Positions 53,076-63,400 of a stretch of DNA of 64,000 nucleotides are shown one piece after another. The position numbers and the translations under genes are program-made. The stretch is from Paecilomyces variotii (taxonomy: Eukaryota). The notes below the pieces were generated by a model that searched no databases, had not been told where the DNA came from, and saw nothing but the letters and a program-made list of their open reading frames with translations. Location of the stretch: assembly GCA_004022145.1 (NCBI GenBank), contig RCNU01000018.1. One strand, given 5' to 3'. How positions within the stretch are numbered: position 1 is the stretch's first letter; every line of letters starts with the position of its first letter.

Positions 53076-54048
53076 ATGCGCCTCTTCCTCTTGCCAGTCT
53101 CGACGAGACGAGCGCTCATATACGGCCAGCCCCTCACAAAGCAAGTCGCCAACAAGCTTTCCTACACAGACAGAGTGACGCTGAAGGTTGCTGAGACATG
53201 GTCGAAGTGGGAGGAAGCCGAAAAAGGGTGGAAGAAATCGCTGGTCACCTGGGGCAATACTGTTCAGCAGCGGATCCCCTATGAAGAATGGGGCCTGAAG
53301 AGCATCCCTCCTTTGAACGAGCGGCGACGCATCGAAGAGACGACTCAGGGTAAAAAGATCGATCTGTTGTTTCCAGGAAATGCGATCAAGCCCGATAAGG
53401 TCATAGCAGCTGTGAGAAAGCTGGCCACGGAGAGACAGGATCTCCATCGGAAGAGGATGTGGTGGAGTTTGATAATCGCGCCCTTCACAGCGCCAATTGC
53501 GTTGATCCCAGTGTAAGACTGAATCTGTTGCTCGCTATTTACTATGGCTGAAGCCTCGACCTAACCCCAACCTGCTACAGAGTACCCAATATACCCTTTT
53601 TCTACCTGGCGTACCGCGGCTGGTCGCACTGGCGAGGTCAGTCGTGCTCTGTTACCTGGTTTGTACCACACTGACTGTCATCCCAGCGTTGAGCGGATCG
53701 AAGCATCTACAGTTCTTAGTGGAAAACAATCTACTAAATCCAATACCTTCGCCGGAAATCGAGCGCGTCTACGAAGGAGCTGTTGCCACCTTTGGTGCGA
53801 AAGCGGATCTGGAGAAGACAACATCCTCGACAGCATCCGTCGAAGAGATCGAGGAAAAGGACGAGAAGATCTTGCTCAATCTCTGCGACGGCAAGGAACT
53901 GGCAAAAATACTGAATGCCCCAGAACTCGTCGTGGAAGTCGAGCGTGCAGTGACGCAGATCAGTAAAAAGTTGAAACAGGAACACGCGCTAGTCGAGGAC
54001 GGCAAGAAATTGGAATCTTCGAAGAACAAGAACAAAGAAACGAAATAA
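53076..54048 (+). CDS. Mitochondrial K+/H+ exchange-related protein (YDL183C-like), 2 introns
   Basis: MRLFLLPVSTRRALIY, RIPYEEWGLKSIP, APFTAPIALIP.VPNIPFFYLAYRGWSHWRALSGSKHL, EVERAV.Q. Confidence 0.82.
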
Positions 54049-54696
54049 CGGCAGTATCTGAATGATTACCAGACCTGTGAATGCGTGCAATGATATGTTG
54101 ACTGGACGTGCAATTCTCAACAAAGTGTCCATTTGAAGACCATGAGTTCATTTTTTACAATTTTCCGTTCTTAGGAAGTTTCTGGTGTATGTGTCATATG
54201 TCCATGAGGGTTGTGTAAATTATAGAGCAACATAGAACTTCTCTTGATGTACGATAGGTTTGCTTTTCCATGTGGGCTTAAGTATGCCTGTTGAAAACGA
54301 TACTCTTTGTCAGATGAGAACTAAATAATGAAATCCTATTGGATACTCTGATGATTAATTGATATTATAACAGTATTCACGAGAATGCACTTGCAGAGAC
54401 CTCTACTCAGCTGGAAGTCTCCAGTCCTAGATCTTGATATAGTTCTCTTTTAGCCTATTCAGAATGACTGAAAGAAATGGCAAGGGCTTAATTCCCCCGC
54501 CATCGCTACCACGGACAGACAATACACAAGCTGGTTCTCTTTTTCAGGACGTTGGCAGGTTACACTATGTATGGGATGCATGTGTATGTACACTACTGTT
54601 TTCGCTATTTGCGTGAGGTCATTCGCGCCAGAAAAGCAGGCTGGTTATTGTTCTAGTTGAAGTAGAAATCTCAATTTTGCTCAAAGATGACAAGTT

Positions 54697-54890
54697 CATT
54701 GGTGGCTTCTTCTAGGCGGTGAGGTGTCTTCGGGAGGGATCCGATATCGCTGATTGGCCAAGGAAGAACAAGACAATTGGCTATCTCATACTGTAGAGCA
54801 GATTGTGAAAAGGGTCTGTTACTAGTCAAATTTCAATTTGGCGGCAGCTAATAATAATACACAAACTATCTTCAGGCAAAAAGTGAAAAG
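54697..54890 (-). repeat. Conserved 3' non-coding block, second copy
   Basis: Reverse complement matches 41665-41890. Confidence 0.9.
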
Positions 54891-54897
54891 ATGACAG

Positions 54898-55909
54898 TCA
54901 CGCCGGTATGTAACCCATTCGATTGATGGCCTTGCTGGCCCAAGTCCTCAGTAGGTCAACGCGGAGATTCCATATATCCGTGCCATTCTGCCCAGGAAAT
55001 ATATGCGCCGGTCCGAAGAGTTGGGCGCGAGTAATGGGTATTACTTGGGGACCGAGATTCGCCGGTGGAGGAGGAAAGATAGCCTATGATTATTTCTTTA
55101 CTTAGTTTTCTGGTTCTTAAGTATCCACTGGAATAATAACTTACCCCACTATCCTTGCAATATGGCGTATTAGCGGTATCTCGCTCCCAAATCTCATATT
55201 TTCCTTTGACGCGTTGGATGGGTGTGCCTGAGATCTTGGACCAGCGGAGGATGATGACAAGCTGGACATCTGGCTCTCCGCCCACAAGCCACAGCCGCAT
55301 ATCCGCGTGGAGGCGGGGCAGTGATTCTGCCCACCCGGACTCTATCGCGATGCTTGGCAGTGGTTCAAGTTCATGCCGTATGAGCATGTCGGGATCCTTA
55401 CGTGAACCGGTGTATGGTCCATTGAGATGGTTGATGGCTATCCACTATTAGCAAATATACGTATCAAATCAAGGGGATATTAGCCTACTTGTACCAACTC
55501 CGAGTGTTAAAGCGTGACCCTCTGCGGCAGTCAAGAAACCGCCAAGAACCATATCCAGTTTTTCTGAAGAGATCCAGTGTTGGTGCACATCGTGCACCTC
55601 AGTCGGCATTACTAACACGTTCAGAGCCTTTACAAACGAGTTGTAACTGAATCTAATAAGCAACATTAGTTAAGTTAAACAAGGTATATATCTTTCCTGT
55701 TTCTGGTTGTAATCTTACCGCGGGCGGTATCTTTCAACGTCTGAGTCCTCTGAGAGCGAATCAACTAGTAAGGCTCCCTTGTCTTCTGAGATATTCTCGT
55801 ATCTCAACTCCACCGATTCACTTGCTGCCCGTATATCGCTCTTAATTTGATAGAACCAAGTCTGGGCAGAGTTATTCAACTCTGCAACGGGTGGTGTGCC
55901 AACAGTCAT
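54898..55909 (-). CDS. Putative PD-(D/E)XK (Uma2-like) nuclease, intact, 277 aa (exons 55909-55719, 55652-55489, 55437-55145, 55083-54898)
   Basis: Exon lengths 191+164+293+186=834 nt, no internal stop, GT-AG introns; motifs MPTEVH, K-x-PD, PSIAIESGWAES..RL..D..LWL resemble the Uma2-like restriction-endonuclease fold. Confidence 0.7.
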
Positions 55910-55916
55910 GATACAA

Positions 55917-56033
55917 GATGTTGAAGGTGAGGGATGTCCAAGGCGCCGGATGTTTAAGGTGACAGATATTCAAGGTGAGAGAGAGATGTTTGATGTGAGA
56001 GATGTTCAAGGCGACGGATGTTCAAGGTGACAG
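55917..56033. repeat. ~17-bp tandem repeat x7 (GATGTTCAAGGTGACAG-like)
   Basis: Degenerate copies directly upstream of the nuclease ATG; period not a multiple of 3. Confidence 0.8.
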
Positions 56034-56074
56034 CGCTTCTTCGTATTGATTATGTAATCCAGGTGTTTTTTGGG

Positions 56075-56450
56075 GAGCCGCCTCTCTGAGGCTGGCTAAT
56101 ACCAGCTCAGGAACAGCAACGGAAGATCGTGCAGTCAATGAGAGGGTTTGAGGAGCCGCCTCTCCGAGGCTGGCTAATACCAGCTCAGGAAAAGCAACGG
56201 AAGATCGTGCAGTCAATGAGAGGGTTTGAGGAGCCGCCTCTCCGAGGCTGGCTAATACCAGCTCAGGAAAAGCAACGGAAGATCGTGCAGTCAATGAGAG
56301 GGGTTGAGGAGCCGCCTCTCCGAGGCTGGCTAATACCAGCTCAGGAACAGCAACGGAAGATCTCGCAGTCAATAAGAGGGGGTAGAGGAGCCACCTCGCT
56401 GAGGCTGGCTGATACCAGCTAAGGAACATCAGTGGACGGTCTTGCAGTGG
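56075..56450. repeat. 78-bp tandem repeat, 4 near-identical units plus 1 diverged
   Basis: GAGCCGCCTC starts at 56075, 56153, 56231, 56309, diverged unit at 56388; partial degenerate copies at ~56619 and ~56723. Confidence 0.95.
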
Positions 56451-56612
56451 ATGAAGGTGACTCAGTGGACGAAGGTGATTCAGTCGATGAAGGGTCATTC
56501 GATGAAGGGTCACTCGATGAAGGGGACTCAGTGGATGAAGGGGACTTACTCGATGAAGCAGACTCAGTTGATGAAATGGGACTCAGTTGATGAAGGGACT
56601 CGGTTGATGAAG
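56450..56612. repeat. 15-18-bp tandem repeat (GATGAAGG(T/G)GACTCAGT(G/T)), ~9 copies
   Basis: Repeated GATGAAG..GACTCAG units. Confidence 0.85.
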
Positions 56613-57345
56613 GGAAGCGAGCTGCCTCACTGAGGCTAGCTGCCAAAACAAAGAGCAGCCACAGACACTCACAACTGAGACCAGCCAGAGAGGAGAGAGA
56701 AGAGGATGGATGAGAGGGGTTGGAGCTGCCTCTCAGAGGCCAGCTGCTGGCTCTCTTGGATGTGGGTAGATGAGAAGACTGATGAGCTGGGGAGAAAAGA
56801 GGAGGAAAAAGAAAGAGGAGAAGAGGGGGGGAGGAGGAGTCTTAAGTAGTGATTGGGCTCAGTCACCCCGGTGAGAGCATTGGTGAATATCAACAGTGAA
56901 AATGGAAGGTGCGCAGGCTGCCCGCCTTTGCCGCAGTTGAGTCACATAGTAAAGATACTCCTCATTCGTATACGAAAGCCTTTAATAATTTTTGCACATG
57001 TATATAGTCTTACTTGAATATTGAGGAGGGTATTTACAAAAGGACCCAGCAATAGGAACAAAGGCTGCCATTTCCGCCAAACTCAGCATCGTCACGAAGA
57101 CAATTCCGCCGACAATCGCGTACGCAGTCAGCATCGACGCCGGTCCTCCTGTAGCCAAGGACTTTCATTGCGCCGTGAGCACCTCGCCAATGAGATGGCT
57201 TGCAAACAGGGGTAGTTAGAATGTAAGGAAAAGAGATAGGAAAAGAGACCCGTAAAGAACAGATGCCCGCCAAACAGTCAAGGTGAACAGGAGATGTAGG
57301 ATAAGAACATGGAGGGACACTGAATTTACATTTCACGCTTGCACG

Positions 57346-58716
57346 CTATCGGTTGACTTTCTCCTCCTCGATCTGTCTTCGGAGATCTGCCAGAACATCG
57401 TTGCGCCGGGCAAGGTGAGCTTTGAGTCCGTCGACCTGTTCACCGACGGTCTTGACATCCTCCCGGAGCCGTTCGAGATCCTGTCCTTCTTTGAGAGAAC
57501 TACCGCCTTCCCTCAGTTCCCGGAGTTGACGCTCTTTATATTCCAGAAGCTGCAGCGCCTCTTTCTTGATCAGTACCCAGTTGGGCCTGCCGTCGTTTCT
57601 GGGGCGGCTGCGGTCTCGTCTCTCATCGGCTGCTTTATTGGCTGCCTCGAGCTTGGATTCCAACTCTGCCAGCTCTCGTCGCAGACGGACCTTCTCCCAT
57701 TCCTCGTCCTGGATGGTGTCACTAAAATCTGTTCCCTTAGGCTGGTAGGTTGTTCTGCCGCCGACACCTAGCCGGCTAAGATATGTATCGCCGAACTTGG
57801 TTTTGCGTCCAGTACTCGTTTCAACATCGCCATCTGTGCCCCATCTCTGCGCTGGGCGAATGTTGTCGAGCTGATAGTCGATCTTGTTGGACTCGAATGA
57901 CGAGCGGAGAGATGCGGGGATGGTGCGCGGGATGCGGTAGCCCTCATGTCTGTTGTTGAGAATATGCAGAAACGCAAGTGTGGCGTCCTTGTTGATAGAA
58001 GGTAGAGCAGAGGGGTTGACAAGGTTCCATGCTGAACGGACATCGGTGTCTGGAACATCGAGGGAATCGTAGAGGGGCTGTAGGGACTCGACTATGGAGG
58101 ATCAGCATTCTAATTCTCAGGGGAAACGACGCCTCTGATCGCAACGTACAGGTTATCTCTCCACGGTGGTTCTTGTTGGCAGAATAGATCTCTTCATATT
58201 TCGCCTTATCTGGCGGACTCATATACCAATCGAAGCCATCTTTCAGTCCGGCGGTTTCGTCCTCATCTTCTATCCGCTCGAACTGCTCCTGACCTCCGGA
58301 CAATACGCGGTTGGCCTGGGCAAGGTGTGCTTTCGATTCCGGAACAAGCCAGTCTGGCAGTGTATGTGGCACTTCTTGATATTCCTGTTCAATGCCGATA
58401 GTTAGCGACGCCGTTCCGCATTTATTATCCACCCCGCGACGGAACGTCTTAGGAGAACCCCCCGATGACAGCATACCCCATTGACCAGATCGAAGATCAG
58501 TCTCATGGCGACACAGAACTCTTCAAAATCCAGCTCGCCATCTCCGTCCAAATCTGCCAGATCCCACACCTTCTCCAGCTGGTCATCGCGAAGCCGACTG
58601 TTCCTCAGCACGGAGGCGGCCTGCGAGTTGTTCAGATGCGGCTGGCCATTGGAGAGCGACGAGAAGATCTCCCAGTACCGCTCGACCTCCCACTGCTCGA
58701 TCCTTTTGTTTGACAT
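57346..58716 (-). CDS. end3: EH-domain endocytosis/actin regulatory protein End3/SagA, 2 introns
   Basis: [66 protein letters not shown]-terminal coiled coil. Confidence 0.93.
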
Positions 58717-59413
58717 AGTACGGCTTCCAGAATACGACAAGCCTTCCAAAAGATAAGAGAAGTGAAAAGAGCGTTGTCGCATCAGTTGGAAGCTGCTTCA
58801 CTTGGACTGTCTGAGAGCAGCTTGCCTCCGGAGTTCCCCATCTGGCCTGCGGAACAACATACTTCCGACTTTCCATAGGCAAGACATTCAGTCAAGCATG
58901 TTTACCTAGATCTTTACTTGTGGAAAAAAAGGTGGCGGTCTCTATTGTGGATCACTGGCGAAACACCAGCGAAAACAAGTAAGCCGTCTTACATAGGTCG
59001 AGTTTGCTCGACTAACCCGGTTATCTCTATCTGGGATGGAGGGCTTCAATAGTATCATCAATGCGGCGCACTATCTCTGGAGTAACTGGAAGCTGAACCC
59101 GTATACCGTCAGAGCTTACGAGTATAACTTATGATGAAATAGTTGGACGTTAGTAGGAGTGAATTCAGCTAGATTTTCCGTCGCAAAATATAGCTAATGC
59201 TGTTGCTGACAGTTAACTTCAGACGGTGGACACCGTAATCCAATTCCAGGGACACGAGCTAAGTGAGACGGTGCGTCGGAGAGACTGCACTCTCTCTTTT
59301 ATCTTCTTGGAGGGACGGTGGATGTTCCTGGCGCAGGAGAATCTATCTCCAGGAAGGAGGCGAACAGTTCCGCAGTGCGGCAGACGCAGCCGAATTTTTA
59401 TTGTTCTAATATA

Positions 59414-59440
59414 CATTACCTCCATTACCTCCATTACCTC
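59414..59440 (+). repeat. (CATTACCTC)3 minisatellite
   Basis: Three exact 9-bp copies. Confidence 0.85.
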
Positions 59441-59786
59441 CCGGCTGCTACCAGTTAGATGTAGCCTCTATTGCTATTATGTTTCGTAGACAGCTTGTTA
59501 CGGATGGCTCGCTAGTACAAATATGATATAAAGCACTTTATTTAATTGTCTGAGAGAGAGGCCTTTTGGGCATTCTTATAACTTGCGCGATATGGATGCT
59601 CGAAATGTCGAAATGCGGATGCCTCCTCTTCACGGGTGAGTTAGGCACAATACTATTATTTCATCATCACTATTGTCATCATTATTAGAAGGGAGCATAT
59701 TGCGAGCAGACCCGAGAGACCTTCCTTACTTGAACTACTAAAGCTCACCATGCCGGCTGAACGCGCTGCTTCAATGTTAACAACAA

Positions 59787-59840
59787 TACAATATTACGTT
59801 CATAATGTGAAGCTACAATATTACGTTCATAATGTGAAGC
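59787..59840 (+). repeat. Perfect 27-bp tandem duplication
   Basis: TACAATATTACGTTCATAATGTGAAGC x2. Confidence 0.95.
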
Positions 59841-60280
59841 CCAGCTCAATATTTTTATAATGATATGCACGGCCCTACATATAATTCTTCTTCCCTTCAG
59901 TTCGTTTCTCGAATAATGGACCTAGTTTTATTTGAGTTGATGGGGGTTTTGTGGAGGTAATAGAAAGAATTCTGGATAACACGCGTGTATTGGTACAGCT
60001 GTATATACAGAAAGCTAACCTGGCAAAGGACAACTATGTTGATATAACAGAATGCTGTTAGATTTTATACATAGTCTAGCAGACTAGGATGGATACTGGG
60101 GCTGAGAATCATACGACAGTTCTTCGATTATACGCTCACTACATGGCGCAAATTGTTCCGATTCATGATAATATTTAAGAAACATGGTTGAACTTGACTG
60201 CCATTGTTCTAACCTTTTCTAAAATCCATTCTGTCGCACCTTCCTCTCTCTAGTTTCTCGCATAAGAATGATGGAACAGA

Positions 60281-60322
60281 CCCGAAAGCTGAAACCCGAA
60301 AGCTGAAACCCGAAAGCCGAAA
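60281..60322 (+). repeat. 14-bp tandem repeat x3
   Basis: CCCGAAAGCTGAAA x2 + CCCGAAAGCCGAAA, ~110 bp past the helicase stop. Confidence 0.9.
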
Positions 60323-60431
60323 ACCAAGTCCTTTCCCTCATCTCCCCATTTTGGATTTTTTTTTTCTTTTTCTTTTTTCATTTTTTCCCCCTTTCTTTCG
60401 GGCGGAATAACTCACCCCAGTACACTAGCAG

Positions 60432-63400
60432 TTATGTAGGAACCCGGGAGATCGCATGATCATAGTCATCATTTGGGACGCCAAGGTTCTGTTCGACCAA
60501 AGTGCTACTTCCCATGACTTTGATAAGTCGTCCACTCTGGCGGTGGTAATCGACAACATTTCTCCATGCCAAAAAGCCCTGTCCAGCACCCGGCTTGCCT
60601 GTTTCATGCATCCTCTCATCACCAACCACGATCAGACCATTGCGTGCACGACTGAGCGCGACACACTGCCGTTGGCGGTCCTGGACGAACCCCAGCCCGT
60701 AACGGCCTCCAGGCCGAGTTGTGGATAGAATTACTATCTCTGACTCATCCCCTTGGGAGGCGTCAACACTGCTGATTTTGACATCCTTGAAGCCCAGTTT
60801 GCGCATCAGGTCTGCCAATATGCGCCGTTCATCGCTGTAAAATGATAATATTAGGATGTACTGTTGCGGACAACCTAACCCACAGAACCAAGCGACCCAT
60901 TCTCCGATGAAACTCACATATTCAGGATTGAAGAGAGATGTTCCATTTCGTCTTCTGAAGACTGTTGAATTCTCAACCGAAACGAAGAACGAAGCACCGG
61001 CATAACAATGATAGCGTTGTACCATGTAGTTCGAGAATGTGTCGGACAGCTTGCCCTGCTTGTAGGAAGGGTTGTTGACCAGTTTCTGTTCATAATACTC
61101 CGCACTGACGAAGTCTGCAATATGGGGATGCATGCGATACTGGACTGCCAATTGAACGTCAGGTACCCCCGACTGAAGCATCCTTTGGAATAACGACACC
61201 TTCTCGGAAGAGTAGGCTTCGTTCATGTGCAAGGATGTGACAGTCGGCGGCAATTGCGCGATGTCACCGCTCAGGATAACTTTTTTGAGGTTTGAAATAT
61301 AACGCGAGATGGCGTTGAGGCAGGTGCTCTCTGGCATCTGTGATGCCTCTTCAACGAGAACAAATTCCGGCCTGAAGCCACGTAGCGACTTGCGGCTAGC
61401 GGTTGACGCCGTGCATAGAATTATCTTCGCATGCCCAAGGTAGAATTCTTGGAGGTCTGTCCAAGCTCGCCGAAGCTGCTGCACGAAACTCGCGTGGAGA
61501 GGCTGGACATCCTCTTCTGACCTATCTGTACCAGCACCTGCCCTTATCGGGTCTGCCTCGCCACTGGCACTCACCGGCTCAGCGAACGCTATGCCCTCTC
61601 TCAACAGACATTTCTGCCATGTGAAGTAGTTCCAGATTAATGTCATCTCATCACGTTCTTCATTCGTTGTCTGTGGCCAATTGGAGCCGAGTTGTGCCGC
61701 CCGTTCCATTCTGGAGATGATTCTCGAACCGAGTGAAAAGTCGCTAGACGCACTGACCATATCCTGTACTGACTGCTTGATAACCTTAAGTAGCTCTGGC
61801 TGGATGCCGAGCTGGAGTAATTCCATATGCGCAGCATCGAACTCTGCGCTTCCAAGGGACGATTGATTCAGTGCTCCTGGCGCCATCTGCATTTCGCTCG
61901 TTTCGTGAAAATCGGTACCCAGCCTATAGATACGCGATGTTTCGAGCGGCGGCTGGCTGTTTGGAAATCTGAGGGTAATTCGTCTGGCTATGACATCTAA
62001 CCCGAAGTTTGAGCCACAGACGATAAGAAGAGGATGTCCTTTTTGGTAGCAGTACCGAGCGATCCCCTCTGATACTGTTGTCTTTCCGGTCCCAGGAGGA
62101 CCGGTGATCAGTGTCATGAAACTGCGATAGGAATCCCCTATGGTGAGAGCTGAGCGAATTGCGTCGACTTGTTGAGGATTCCATTTCCGAGTAATTTCGT
62201 GCAAGACAGCGTCGGCCGACTGGTCAAGATGTCCCTCACGTGGATAAAGCTTGATAACTTTATTATCATGACCGAGTAGCAACCTCTTGAGTTTGTTGTC
62301 CCTGGGTATATTGTAATCACGGTTGCCATACATAGCATAGCGGATTGCAGTACGAATCTGCTTGTATACCGGATTTGGATTCCCAAAAGTCGCCCAACCA
62401 GCCAGTTTGAGGATACGCCCCGCAGATTCCAGACGCTGAGGCTGTCTTATTCTGATACATATCATATTCGCTGGTAGCTTTATATCATCCGGAACCTTCG
62501 GGGATGCTACCACGACTCCAGTCCACCTGTTCTTATCGCTCACTTGAACATTTGATAAGCTGGGTTTCTGAAGTTGGGATGCACGTCTTCCTTCTGCGAT
62601 AACAACCGGGGTCCCTGGTTCCGGGAGAGGAAGCACCTGTTCATCATCCGCAGAGTCACTGGTGACATTAACTCCCAGAACTCCATAGAAATATTCATCT
62701 ATGGCAGGCGTTTGGGTTCCGTGGACCAAGGAAACTGGCCATAGATCGAATTCGTAATAACGATTGAATGTTTTGACGTAGTTTCGTTGTTGACAGTTAG
62801 CCTCTCGAAGAAGGCCGATTGTTTTGATAGCTTCATACTCCCTCTCGTTGATGAATGTAAGAGGAGCCTGCGGTGTAAAACTGAGTATCTGTTGTGGAGT
62901 ATCGAATTTAGGTGGTTGGTTTGGCCAGCCAATTTGTCGCCTGCGATGGTGGAGTTGGATGTTATTATCTGCCAACGTGGGGATGTCTCGGATCACTCCA
63001 AATTCCCCCGTGTGCACCTCGTACGTGCAGTCGTAGAGAGGATACGGGGGCGGCGTCCTCTGGGGCATTGCAGACATCAATCTCCAATTGTCGTACAACC
63101 CAGCACGACCTCGTGTCCTCACATGGACAGATCTCTCGCTTCGAGTAAGATCTCTCAGGCGGTTCAGAGCTCCTATTTGGCTTTCGTGAAATCCAGATAG
63201 TGCCGTCTCTGGCACGTCGAAACCGTAGCATATGGGAGGGGCGTAATGGAACCAGCGGATCTGATGGCAATCCCCATTTATTTGCGCTTGACATGCTTGG
63301 GCACTTTGAGCTATGTGCTGTACGGACTCAAAGGTCACACTGGTCAGCCTTGAAGAAAATGAAATTGACGGGTTGGGTGATTCCTTCGTAGCTGGGTTTC

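Noticed and set aside
52671-53447. 258-aa - strand ORF
   Set aside because: Antisense to the K+/H+ exchange-related gene and its promoter; no protein-like features
56075-56450. CRISPR-like array next to a nuclease
   Set aside because: Units are near-identical along their full length with no unique spacers; eukaryotic context; no cas genes
56075-56810. Hammerhead ribozyme/retrozyme in the repeat leader
   Set aside because: The 78-bp unit has no CUGAUGA...GAAA core on either strand; the CTGATGAG near 56779 has no supporting stems
59190-59490. Possible small spliced gene (branch-site/acceptor-like GCTAAT...CTGACAG then short ORFs)
   Set aside because: Could not build a consistent exon chain or recognise a product
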